DNA from: Candidatus Velthaea sp.
GTDB lineage: Bacteria > Vulcanimicrobiota > Vulcanimicrobiia > Vulcanimicrobiales > Vulcanimicrobiaceae
NCBI GenBank assembly: GCA_965214935.1
Contig: CBDCCS010000001.1
Location: forward strand, 64,001-128,000
Direction of reading: 5' to 3'
Length of the DNA: 64,000 nucleotides
The translations under genes and the position numbers were made by a program. Of the stretch, positions 50,003 through 59,796 are shown one piece after another; within the stretch, counting starts at the first letter, position 1, and every line of letters starts with the position of its first letter. The notes below the pieces were generated by a model. It saw only the letters and a program-made list of their open reading frames with translations. It made no database searches and had not been told where the DNA came from.

Positions 50003-50148
50003 GTTTCGTTACTCCGTGGTTAAAACGTGCAATTCGGAAATCAATTCCGCGCAGCATGAAATCACGTCGCGGCGAATTCGTCCAGCGCTGCATTTTTTGA
50101 CCGGTGCGCAAAACCTTCTCGCTAGCGATCATCGACACGCTCGCCCGT

Positions 50149-52143
50149 TTATGGTGCGAGGCGGAAATCCTCGGCGTTCAACGATAGATGCGGACTGTAG
50201 AACGGATCGTTCGACCACGCTTGCTGCCAGCGCGTTTGCAGCCGTGCACGTTCGGTCATATCCCGCTCGATCGACGCTGCGTCGGTATCGTAACCACGCG
50301 ATTGCGATTCAAGATGAAAGACTTCGACATGCGGCAGGCACACGTTATAGAGTCCGCATTCGAGCAGGCGCAAACAAAAATCCACGTCGTTGTACGCAAT
50401 CGGGAACGTCTCGTCGAAACCGCCGACGTCCACGAACGTTTGTCGGCGCACCATCATGCACGCTGCGGTTACGGCCGCATAGTTGGTGGTCAAAGCTACG
50501 TTGTTCGCGTAACCGCCGGTCGTGCGCGGTTGATGCCGATGACTGTGGCCTGCGATGCCTCCAATGCCCAGCACGACGCCCGCATGTTGAATCGTGGCAT
50601 CGGCGTAAAGCAGCTTGGCCCCGACCGCGCCGATCGACGGACGCTGCGCATACTCCACCATCGCCGTCATCCAATCGCCGTGTACGATTTCGGTGTCGTT
50701 ATTGAGAAACAACAAATACCGGCCGCTCGTGTGCTCGACCGCAACGTTATTAATTTTCGCATAATTAAACGGCACGTCATAGCGCACGTAACGGAAGCGG
50801 TACGGTTCGGAACGTTTATAGGCGGCAAACAGCGCGAGTGCATCGGCGCGGTCGGAGCCATTGTCAAGGAGGACGACTTCATAATCGGGATACGTCGTTC
50901 GGCCGAACAACGAATCGAGACAGCGCCGAACTTCGAGCGCCCCGTTACGCGTCGGAATGATCACCGATACCTTTTGCAAACGCTGCACCTCGTACCGGAT
51001 GTCCCAGTGTCCCGCGCCGGCGACGGCCGGACGAACCGACCCGCCTTCGCCGCGCCGGTCGAGGGCGTCGGCGATCGCTCGCTGTGCATTCACATAGGCA
51101 TAGTCTTTGGCTTGCGGATTTTGCGAGGTCGATGCCGGATGGAGCCGCCAGCTGTAAAGAACGCGCGGGATATGCCCGATCCGATCCGTTCGCTCGGTAA
51201 AGCGCAAGACGAGATCGTAATCCTGGGCGCCCTCGAAGCCATTGCGAAAGCCGCCGATTTCCGTAAGGATCGTGCGGCGGTATACTCCGAGATGGCTTGT
51301 ATACATTTTTGTGAGAAACGTGTCGGGGGCCCAATCAGGTTTGAAATAGGGGCCCGATCGCCGGCCGAAATCATCGATCTTATCTTCATCGGAATAAAGC
51401 ATATCGAGTTCGGGCCGAGCGTTGAGAGCGACGGCATTTTCAAACAGTGCATCGGGCTGGAGAACGTCGTCGTGATCGAGTAGCGCGATGAACTCGCCGG
51501 TCGCCATTTCAAGCGCGGTATTACTTGCTTGCGCGATGTGCCCGTTTTGCGTGCGAATCGCGAGCACGATACGCGGGTCGGCCGCCATGTATTCGCGCGC
51601 TATATCCGCTACGTGTCGTGAAGGCGATGCATCGTCGACGATGCAGAGTTGCCAGTGCGTGTATGTTTGCGCAACGACCGACTCGATCGCCGCGCGCAGA
51701 TACCGTTCGGGCGTTTGATACGCAGGCATGAGAACGCTGAACTTCGGCTTATAGGATAAGCATGCAGCGACGGACCGCATGCGCTCGAGATCGGACTCGC
51801 GCGGCGCGTTGAGGACGAGCCAGTGTTGATAACGATCGTCGAGCGTCTCACGGTCTTCTACCCGAGTATCGGGCCGCGGCAGATCCGCGCCGCGACCGAT
51901 TAAGCGGCGGACGATCGTGCGCATTTTCCACCATCGCGTGCCGAGCACTTCGTCGACGTACGCATTTGATTCGGCCAGCGCGTCCTGAAGATCTTTGAGC
52001 CGGCCGGCGAGCGGCTTGCGCGTCGATTGCAGCAGAAACAGCTCGCTTACAAGTCTGCGCATATCCGTTTCATAGGCAAGCACCTTGCGGTGCAGGGTCG
52101 AAACGTCCTCATCGTCACGCCGACGCAAATCTTGTCTACTCAT
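50149..52143 (-). CDS. Coiled-coil plus tandem GT2-GT2 glycosyltransferase
   Basis: LCIVDDAS, LDHDD, YSDEDK, FKPDW, QDYD; second domain FLNNDT, QHAG, VTAAC, NDVD. Confidence 0.92.
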   Translation of the reverse strand: MSRQDLRRRDDEDVSTLHRKVLAYETDMRRLVSELFLLQSTRKPLAGRLKDLQDALAESNAYVDEVLGTRWWKMRTIVRRLIGRGADLPRPDTRVEDRETLDDRYQHWLVLNAPRESDLERMRSVAACLSYKPKFSVLMPAYQTPERYLRAAIESVVAQTYTHWQLCIVDDASPSRHVADIAREYMAADPRIVLAIRTQNGHIAQASNTALEMATGEFIALLDHDDVLQPDALFENAVALNARPELDMLYSDEDKIDDFGRRSGPYFKPDWAPDTFLTKMYTSHLGVYRRTILTEIGGFRNGFEGAQDYDLVLRFTERTDRIGHIPRVLYSWRLHPASTSQNPQAKDYAYVNAQRAIADALDRRGEGGSVRPAVAGAGHWDIRYEVQRLQKVSVIIPTRNGALEVRRCLDSLFGRTTYPDYEVVLLDNGSDRADALALFAAYKRSEPYRFRYVRYDVPFNYAKINNVAVEHTSGRYLLFLNNDTEIVHGDWMTAMVEYAQRPSIGAVGAKLLYADATIQHAGVVLGIGGIAGHSHRHQPRTTGGYANNVALTTNYAAVTAACMMVRRQTFVDVGGFDETFPIAYNDVDFCLRLLECGLYNVCLPHVEVFHLESQSRGYDTDAASIERDMTERARLQTRWQQAWSNDPFYSPHLSLNAEDFRLAP

Positions 52144-52298
52144 AAAACCCCTTGCTTCGCACGTCGCAACCGCCTGCGCTATCGCGACGTGAAGTTGACC
52201 GGACTGCAGGGTTACCGGCATGCCGTGCAACGCGCGGCAAGATGCGTGGGATGTATGGAACGAAAGAAGAGAGGCCGCTCAATGCCCGCTGACGTCGC

Positions 52299-53498
52299 TT
52301 GATGATTCGCGCCGAACCGTTCAGCGCTGAGACGATCCGCAGTGCAAAATCGGCTTTAGGCTGGGTCGACACCGCCGCGCGCACGCAGCGATCGCAACGG
52401 CACTTACATTCCGAATTCGCCCGGCACGAATCGTTTACGGTCAGCGGCTGGGTCGTCTGCGGTTCTCCCCACCATCTGCTCGACGAATTATATTTCGTCA
52501 TCGATGAGGAGCACGTGATCTCACCGTCATATGGAAAACGCCGTGACGACGTAGCAAAAGATCTCGCCGATGATAGCGTTCGCAATTGCGGCTTCAGCGG
52601 TGCAATCGAGGGTCACGATTTTAGCGACGGCATCCATACGTTGAACATCGTGGGCGTGTCGGACGGTGAGTTGTACCGCCTCAGCGGCATTATCACATTT
52701 TCCGTGCTCGGGACGCCCGAACCGGCGTTTGCCGCAGAGACCGTTGCTCGTTCGGGCGGCCGAATCCGTATCCTGCGCGACACGTTCGGCATCGCTCGAC
52801 ATGACGGACGATCGCCCAGCGCGATCCGTCCGGGAGCCTCGCTCGTCATCGAGGGTTGGATCGCGTTGACCGAACCGCTGCAGATCCCAGAGCGGCTGCG
52901 CATACTGCTCGTGCGTGCGAACGGCGTGTTCGCCGTCGAGGTCCAACAACGCCCCGAGCCTGAAGCCGGCGCGGCCTTCGGGACGCTTGTTGAAGGTTGC
53001 GGCTATTCGGCGTATATCGATTGCACGCCGCTCGAACCGGGCGCGTATGAGATCGGATTCGAGCTTTACTCCGCCGGCACGTGGTCGTCGGTGCGCAGCG
53101 GGCGCTGGATCGAGCTAATGGCTTACACGGATGCTTGGCTACCGCGTGCGCTACCGGTTTTCGCCGACATGCTCGACGCACAATATTTTGCGCCGGTCCC
53201 GGCGTTAGCCACGCAGGGCGATGAGTTCATCGTTGCCGGAAACGTCGCGAGCGAACGGCCGATCGCGGCCGCTTTTGTCCGGTTCAATCACGAACACACC
53301 GTCACTTTAACGCTGACGGAGCTTGCACCGGAGGCAGCGCGTCCTCACCAACCTCACGCCTATGAGTTCGCCGGCCTGTTGCAACCGATGCTCGTCCCGG
53401 CCGTTCACTCATACGAACTTCTACTGTTGGCTCAAGATAGAACGGGCTCATGGTGCGCCGACCGCCGCAGTCTGACGATCGCTGCGCCCGTTCTATGA
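52299..53498 (+). CDS. Hypothetical protein of two to three Ig-like (GW..RxDV..GF) repeats
   Basis: VSGW...RDDVA...CGF; IEGW...CGY; degenerate third copy. Confidence 0.7.
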   Translation: MMIRAEPFSAETIRSAKSALGWVDTAARTQRSQRHLHSEFARHESFTVSGWVVCGSPHHLLDELYFVIDEEHVISPSYGKRRDDVAKDLADDSVRNCGFSGAIEGHDFSDGIHTLNIVGVSDGELYRLSGIITFSVLGTPEPAFAAETVARSGGRIRILRDTFGIARHDGRSPSAIRPGASLVIEGWIALTEPLQIPERLRILLVRANGVFAVEVQQRPEPEAGAAFGTLVEGCGYSAYIDCTPLEPGAYEIGFELYSAGTWSSVRSGRWIELMAYTDAWLPRALPVFADMLDAQYFAPVPALATQGDEFIVAGNVASERPIAAAFVRFNHEHTVTLTLTELAPEAARPHQPHAYEFAGLLQPMLVPAVHSYELLLLAQDRTGSWCADRRSLTIAAPVL

Positions 53499-54634
53499 TC
53501 TCTAAGGGCGGACGATCGGCCGAGCCGGCAGCCGAAGTCTACGACGCCGAATATTTCCGGCACAATTGCGGAGCGATACCCTACGAACGCAGTCCGCACT
53601 GGCTGACGTTTTTCGAGCGTGTTGCCGACGAAATCATCCGTCTCTTTCGGCCGGCCACGGTCTTAGACGCAGGCTGCGCGTTGGGGCTGCTGGTCGAAGC
53701 GCTGTGGGACCGCGGTGTCCGCGCAGAAGGCATCGATATCTCGCGCTTTGCTCTTGCGAACGTCCGGCCGGATATTGTGCCGCACTGCCGCTGGGGCAAT
53801 CTTGCCGAACCGATCGGCGGCACATTCGACGTCGTTACCTGCATCGAAGTACTCGAACATTTGGACGCTCCGGACGCATGGTCCGCGGTCGCCAACCTCT
53901 GCGCGGCCGGTAATGCCGTCCTGTTCTCATCGACGCCGGCGGACTTCGCCGAAGCGACCCATGTCAACGTGTGCCCGCCGCTCGTTTGGCTCGAAGCGTT
54001 CGCCGCGCACGGCTTCGGACCGGACCTGGGCGTCGATGCGTCGTTCCTGACACCGCACGCCTTCGTTGTCCGCAGGGGCCATCCGACCGATCGGGCTACG
54101 CTCCAAACCGCCGCCCTGCTTTCACGTTATCGCACGCTGGCCGGCGAGCGGCTGGAGGCGATCGCAGCTGAACGACATCAGACCCATCTCGTTACGCTCG
54201 AACTTGCCGACGTGCAGGCGCGGCTCGAAGCCGAACGTGCACGCTCACATGTCGAGGAGTCGACGCGCGAAGCACAACACGTTGCGGCGCTGGCGGAAAT
54301 TGAAGCTGCCAAGACGGAGCTTGCGCGTCTAACGGAGCGCGAAGCGGCTGCCACGCAGAGTCTCAAATTCGCGCACGAAACGATCGCGCGGTTAAATAAA
54401 CGGCTCGCGAATCCCGGGCCGGCCGGTTCCGCGCAGAACGCCGGACCGAAACCACCCGACTCGGTGGCCGCGACGCAGTTGCAATTACTAGAAACGCTGC
54501 GTCTCCTACAAGCAGCAAATCAGCCACGACCACGGCGAACGTACGGCCGGCAATCAGCACGAGGTATTGCTAGCATCTCATCGATATTCGACCGTCTACT
54601 GGGCGCCGTTGCCGGCGGCAAGAAGCTTCCTTAG
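53495..54634 (+). CDS. SAM methyltransferase with C-terminal coiled coil
   Basis: VLDAGCALG, CIEVLEH, then an A/E/R-rich heptad region and amphipathic tail; ATGA overlap with the upstream gene. Confidence 0.85.
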   Translation: MISKGGRSAEPAAEVYDAEYFRHNCGAIPYERSPHWLTFFERVADEIIRLFRPATVLDAGCALGLLVEALWDRGVRAEGIDISRFALANVRPDIVPHCRWGNLAEPIGGTFDVVTCIEVLEHLDAPDAWSAVANLCAAGNAVLFSSTPADFAEATHVNVCPPLVWLEAFAAHGFGPDLGVDASFLTPHAFVVRRGHPTDRATLQTAALLSRYRTLAGERLEAIAAERHQTHLVTLELADVQARLEAERARSHVEESTREAQHVAALAEIEAAKTELARLTEREAAATQSLKFAHETIARLNKRLANPGPAGSAQNAGPKPPDSVAATQLQLLETLRLLQAANQPRPRRTYGRQSARGIASISSIFDRLLGAVAGGKKLP

Positions 54635-56703
54635 TCGGCCAGCCGGTACGCGAAGCTTTCGGTTACGCGCGTGTAATGCGGATTGTAAAACGGGTCGTTC
54701 TCGACGATTGTCGACCAGCGCTCGAGGAACAGCGCGCGCTCTTTTTTCGCTAGCTCGACTCGGGCCGGCGTAATGTCGTAACCGCGCGAACGCGACTCGA
54801 AATGATACAGCTTGGCGTGCGGAACGTAGACGTTATAGCGTCCCAAGGCCAGCAACTTGAGACAAAGGTCGACGTCGTTGAACGCAACGGCAAGCCGTTC
54901 ATCGAAGCCGCCGACTCGCTCGAAATCAGAACGTTTGAGCATAAGGCAAGCCCCCGTAACTGCGGCATAATTCGTCGTCGTCAGCAGCATGTTGTAGTGG
55001 CCGGCTGCGCCGGCCGGTACGTGCCGATGACTATGCCCTGCGACGCCTCCAATGCCGAGCACCACACCGCCGTGCTGAACCGTGTCATCTTCGTACAGCA
55101 AAAGCGCACCGGCGGCACCGATCGAGGGCCGTTGCGCCTGCTCGATCAAGGCCTCCAGCCACTCGGGCTCGATGACCGCCGTATCGTTATTGAGAAAGAG
55201 TAAGAGTTCGCCGTCGGTGCGGCTAACGGCATGGTTATTGAGCCGCGGATAGTTGAACGGAATATCTAACGGCTCGACGGCAAATCGCTTCGGTTCGCGC
55301 CGCTTATATTCGGCAAACAAAGCAAAGGTCGCACGTTCGCGACTGCCGTTATCGACGATGGTCACACGATAGTTATCGTATGTCGTGCGTTCGAATATCG
55401 ATTCGAGGCATCCGCGAAGCAAATCGACACCGTCACGCGTCGGTATGATGATCTCAACTTTGGGATTGCCGCGAATCTCGTAACGCACGTGGTATATTCC
55501 GGCCGGAAAATCCGGCACCGGCAGGACCGTTCCCGGTTCGTCGCGCCGAACGAGCGCAGCTTGCAGAGCCCGTTGCGCCGCGGTATACGCATACGGCTTG
55601 GCGGCCGTTCCGCTCGCCGCCGAGCCGCCATGAATGCGCCATGAATACAACACTTTAGGAATGTGCCGAATGACATGGGCTCGCTCGCTCACGCGGAGCG
55701 CCAGATCCCAATCTTGACTGCCGTCGTAATCCGGGCGGAAACCACCGACGTCCATCACGAGCGAGCGCCGGTAAATTCCCAGGTGACACGAATACATCTT
55801 CGACAGCATCGTGTCGGGCGACCAGTCGGGCTTAAAAAACGGCGCGCTGCGAACGCCGAAAGTATCGATCTTGTCTTCATCGCTATATAACATGTCGGCA
55901 GCCGGATGACGGTTGATTTCGAGGGCCACATCGAAGAGCGCACTCGGGACGATCTCATCGTCGTGATCTAGTAAGACGATATATTCGCCCGACGCAAGTT
56001 CTAACGCCGAGTTACTCGCCCGCGATATATGACCGTTCTCCGTCCGCTCGACGACTTTGATTCGCGGATCCAAATAGGTGTATTCGCGCAAAATCTCGCG
56101 TACGGCCGAATCGGTGCTGGCATCATCGGCAATGCAAAGCTCCCAATCCGCGTAGACTTGGCCGCGCACGGAGTCGATGGCATCGCGTAGAAATTCGTGC
56201 GGCGTGTTATAGGTCGGCATGATGATACTAAAGGTCGGTCGCAGCGCAAGTATGGGGATGATCTCGCGCATTCGTTCGAGATCGGCCTGGCGCGCATCAT
56301 GCAGGCGGCGCCAAACGGCATAAGCCGAATCATCGGACCGCTGAAGCTCGGCAACCGACGGCAGCGGAAAGTCGGCGATCACGCCGGTGCCGACGCCGAT
56401 TTTTTTCTTTAAGGCAAACCAACGATTGCGCAAGCGCCAAAACTTACTGGACTGCAGGATTTCGATTCGGTCGCGCATGCCGACGAGCAACGGCCGGAGC
56501 GACTGTAATCGCGCCTCGGTATTTGAGATCGCAAGATCCGCTCGGCGGCGGGAGCGGTCGAGTTCACGGTACGTCGATTCGGCGACGAGAGCCGCATAAG
56601 CACCGGTTACTCGTCGTTCGATGGCATGCTCGATCGAACGAGCGGAATGCACGGGCTCCGACACTCCACCCCCGGCATGTCCGTTTGAAATCTCAGCGTC
56701 CAT
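54631..56703 (-). CDS. Coiled-coil plus tandem GT2-GT2 glycosyltransferase
   Basis: Same motif set as 50149-52143. Confidence 0.92.
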   Translation of the reverse strand: MDAEISNGHAGGGVSEPVHSARSIEHAIERRVTGAYAALVAESTYRELDRSRRRADLAISNTEARLQSLRPLLVGMRDRIEILQSSKFWRLRNRWFALKKKIGVGTGVIADFPLPSVAELQRSDDSAYAVWRRLHDARQADLERMREIIPILALRPTFSIIMPTYNTPHEFLRDAIDSVRGQVYADWELCIADDASTDSAVREILREYTYLDPRIKVVERTENGHISRASNSALELASGEYIVLLDHDDEIVPSALFDVALEINRHPAADMLYSDEDKIDTFGVRSAPFFKPDWSPDTMLSKMYSCHLGIYRRSLVMDVGGFRPDYDGSQDWDLALRVSERAHVIRHIPKVLYSWRIHGGSAASGTAAKPYAYTAAQRALQAALVRRDEPGTVLPVPDFPAGIYHVRYEIRGNPKVEIIIPTRDGVDLLRGCLESIFERTTYDNYRVTIVDNGSRERATFALFAEYKRREPKRFAVEPLDIPFNYPRLNNHAVSRTDGELLLFLNNDTAVIEPEWLEALIEQAQRPSIGAAGALLLYEDDTVQHGGVVLGIGGVAGHSHRHVPAGAAGHYNMLLTTTNYAAVTGACLMLKRSDFERVGGFDERLAVAFNDVDLCLKLLALGRYNVYVPHAKLYHFESRSRGYDITPARVELAKKERALFLERWSTIVENDPFYNPHYTRVTESFAYRLAD

Positions 56704-56712
56704 TGCGAACCG

Positions 56713-57471
56713 CTACGCGGGCGCTAACATCTGACCGTGTACGGCAGCCAGATACGACCCCACGACGTGGTTCGGTTCGCCCGCTAACACGATGCGACCG
56801 GCGTCCATCCAAATAGCATTGTTGCACTGCGTGCGAATGAACTCCAAATCGTGCGAAACAACGATGATCGTCGAGTTTGCATCCCAAAAATCACGCACGC
56901 GCGCCGAACACTTGTCACGAAAGCGTTCGTCGCCTACGGCCAGGACTTCGTCGAGTATCAAAATATCGGGCCGTGTATCGGTCGCGATTGCGAAGCCCAA
57001 CCGGGCGTTCATTCCGGACGACAGCGTCTTGAGCGGCTCGTGCGCGTGATCGTGCAACTCTGAGAAATCGAGGATAGCATTGACGCGCGCCTCAATCGCC
57101 GAACGCGCATAGCCCAGCAAGATTCCGTAATACACGATGTTTGCCAAGACGCTGATTTCGCCGTCGAAACCGGCACCGAGCTCGATGAGCGGCGATATCG
57201 TACCATCGACATGCACCAATCCGGCACTCGGACGAAGGATACCGCAGATTACCTTGAGCAGCGTCGACTTGCCTGAACCGTTGGCCCCGATGATTCCAAG
57301 CTTTTCGCCCGCACCGACATTCAACGTAACCTTATCGAGTACGAGCCGCCGGCGCGGTTTGCGGTGCTTGCGTTCGAGCATTTGCAACACGATGCGCTTG
57401 AGGTCGTACGAGTATTCTTCTTGCGTTCGGCGCAGCAGTGAGACCGAATCTAGGACGACCTTCGTGCTCAC
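56713..57471 (-). CDS. wzt: Polysaccharide ABC exporter ATPase (no C-terminal carbohydrate-binding module)
   Basis: GANGSGKST, LSSGM, LDEVLAVGD, VSHD; 252 aa. Confidence 0.92.
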   Translation of the reverse strand: MSTKVVLDSVSLLRRTQEEYSYDLKRIVLQMLERKHRKPRRRLVLDKVTLNVGAGEKLGIIGANGSGKSTLLKVICGILRPSAGLVHVDGTISPLIELGAGFDGEISVLANIVYYGILLGYARSAIEARVNAILDFSELHDHAHEPLKTLSSGMNARLGFAIATDTRPDILILDEVLAVGDERFRDKCSARVRDFWDANSTIIVVSHDLEFIRTQCNNAIWMDAGRIVLAGEPNHVVGSYLAAVHGQMLAPA

Positions 57472-58301
57472 AGCAGATCCATGAACTCTTTTTTCATCGA
57501 TGAGAAAACGGCTACGCCGACGGCCAGCGAAACGAACCCGCTTACGAGCGAAACGGCCATCAAGTGAAGATGCGGCAATCTTCCGGAGATCGCGATATCG
57601 CGAACGCTCGAAACCATCGCCGCCAGCGGATTGAACTCGACGAAGCGCCGCACTTGAGCCGGCACGACTTCAATCGGGTAAAAGATCGGGCTCGTAAGAA
57701 AAAGGACAAAAATGAAGAGTTCGTACAGATACTGCAGATCGCGAAAAAACACGTAAAGCGCGCTAATGATGAGCGCAAAGCCAAGCGCCAACATCGTTAG
57801 GCCGGCCATCGGCGCAACGAGCGCGACGACGTTGAGCAAGCTATGCGATGTAATCAACGTGACGATGGCAAGAAAAGGCAGTATGCCGATCAAGAGTTGG
57901 AACGCGTTCGCAAAAACGATCGAGACCGGAAACACACTCACCGGCAGTCGCAGTTTATTGAGCAGCGCGCCGTTAGCGACGATACTCGATAAAGCCTGAC
58001 CGGTCGCCTGAGAAAAAAAATTCAATAGCGCAAGACCGCAAAAACAAGAAACGGCGTAGGTGAGAAGTGAGTGGTCGTAATAGGCGGCGAAGGCGGAGCC
58101 GAAGATCGCCGAGTACACACCGGTCATGATGATCGGATTCGAGAGCGACCAGTAGATGCCGAGTACCGAGCCGCGATACCGCGTTGCAAGATTGCGCGAA
58201 GCCAGAGCTTGAACGATTTCCGCGTAGCGGCCGGCCTGAACTCCCCCGGCGATGTTTTGAAAAACGTGCGGCCACTGACGGCTGCGAATTGTGCGCTCCA
58301 T
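57468..58301 (-). CDS. wzm: Polysaccharide ABC exporter permease
   Basis: RYRGSVLG.YWS, FFRDL, TSPIFYP, FNP. Confidence 0.92.
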   Translation of the reverse strand: MERTIRSRQWPHVFQNIAGGVQAGRYAEIVQALASRNLATRYRGSVLGIYWSLSNPIIMTGVYSAIFGSAFAAYYDHSLLTYAVSCFCGLALLNFFSQATGQALSSIVANGALLNKLRLPVSVFPVSIVFANAFQLLIGILPFLAIVTLITSHSLLNVVALVAPMAGLTMLALGFALIISALYVFFRDLQYLYELFIFVLFLTSPIFYPIEVVPAQVRRFVEFNPLAAMVSSVRDIAISGRLPHLHLMAVSLVSGFVSLAVGVAVFSSMKKEFMDLL

Positions 58302-58355
58302 GAACGAACAGTGGGGTTACACACGGGAGAAAGCGTCTCCCCCGGAGAGCCGGGT

Positions 58356-59627
58356 TCAGCCGCTGCTGCCGTGCACCGCGGCACCGTCAAGCGAATGCCG
58401 AACGGGCGCTCGATTGGGCAGCAGCGTCGTGAGGAACGCTAAGCCGTGTCCGAGGCATAAGATAACTAAAATTTGCGACACCGATTGATGCCAGATGCTG
58501 ACTGCGACGATCTCGGCGATCGCAATCGTCAACAGCGGACCGACGAAATCAAAGCGGTGCAAGCCGATATTATACATCGCCGCGACATTCGCCAGCGCTA
58601 AGACGCCCAGAGCAATCATATAGGGCAGTACGAACGGCTGCGCATCGCCGAATGCATGCCCGGCAAGCACGATCACCACGGCGCGCGGAGCGATCGCCGT
58701 CACCGCTACTCCGACGGCGACGATCGCGCCGGCCGTTCCCAGCGATGCGAACAGCAGCACGCGGGAATCGCGGCCGTTTCTGCGGCGGGCCGAAGCCTTC
58801 GGCAGTACGATCGTCGGAATAAAATTGATAACCGTATACATTGCGCGAGCGACGAGGGCGGCTGCGCCGTATAAGCCTGCGGTGAGCGCCGAAAAGTAAT
58901 GCCGCACGAGGATCACGTCATAAAACAACAAGGCATTGACGGCAAGGACCGCAAGCGCTACACCGGTCGACGTGAGGGCGATTCGCCGGCCGTCGAGCGC
59001 TAGGCGGTCGGCGACCGGTCCAAGGCGGCGTAACGTCAAGGCGTTGTAACCCCACGTACAAAGCAAACTCAATGCCAGGCCGGCTAACGCGCCGTTGACT
59101 CCGAACCGGTAGGCCAACAGCGATCCTGCGGCCACTTTGGTCGTTGCTTCGATGACGTTCGATAGCGAAAAAGCTGCGAACCGCTCGATGCCTTGAAAGA
59201 TGCCGCGCTGAACCGGAATCGCCAATGAAAACGCCAGCGCCGCGCCCGTGATGAGCACCGGGAGTACCGTCCCTAGACGTAGATACGATGCGATTGCACT
59301 CGCAGTGAGCAGGACGATGATAAATGCGATCGTGCCGACAAGTGCCGTAACGACGTTGACCAGATCACCGAGGCGTCGCAACTTGCCGAGGTCGTTCGTC
59401 GAACGCAGATCTGCGGCGAGCCGTGCGACAATCGTACCGGCAACGGTCGCCGGTCCGATTGCAGCGAGCAAAACGGCGGAGAATAACGAAGTGAGGACAC
59501 CGTACTGCTCGACACCGACGAGCCGGCTGACGATTGAGTAAAATGCAAACTGCAACACGTTGGCGGCCATGAGTCCGGCAAAAACCAGCAACCCATGACG
59601 TACGAAATCGCTGTCCGCGACGCGCAT
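58356..59627 (-). CDS. Wzx/MOP-family oligosaccharide flippase
   Basis: About 12 TM helices; RLVGVEQYG, DVILVRHYF...AGLYGAA, LPK. Confidence 0.82.
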   Translation of the reverse strand: MRVADSDFVRHGLLVFAGLMAANVLQFAFYSIVSRLVGVEQYGVLTSLFSAVLLAAIGPATVAGTIVARLAADLRSTNDLGKLRRLGDLVNVVTALVGTIAFIIVLLTASAIASYLRLGTVLPVLITGAALAFSLAIPVQRGIFQGIERFAAFSLSNVIEATTKVAAGSLLAYRFGVNGALAGLALSLLCTWGYNALTLRRLGPVADRLALDGRRIALTSTGVALAVLAVNALLFYDVILVRHYFSALTAGLYGAAALVARAMYTVINFIPTIVLPKASARRRNGRDSRVLLFASLGTAGAIVAVGVAVTAIAPRAVVIVLAGHAFGDAQPFVLPYMIALGVLALANVAAMYNIGLHRFDFVGPLLTIAIAEIVAVSIWHQSVSQILVILCLGHGLAFLTTLLPNRAPVRHSLDGAAVHGSSG

Positions 59628-59796
59628 TGCACGCGAACGCAACGCGATCAACGCACGCTCCAAGCGGCTGCGGCGCCGACGACTTTCGCCCGGTGCATCA
59701 ACATTCCGAACTCTTCCGCGTCGCGTTTCTCATCCTTGTCGGTGCGCCGAAGTCGTGCCGGTCCCGGCGGCGTCGGTTGCATTGCGATCGACCGGC

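Noticed and set aside
50188..51483. Long antisense ORFs (also 25400-26428, 23437-24408, 8265-9005)
   Set aside because: Shadow frames opposite well-supported genes, expected in GC-rich DNA; Arg-rich with no motifs.
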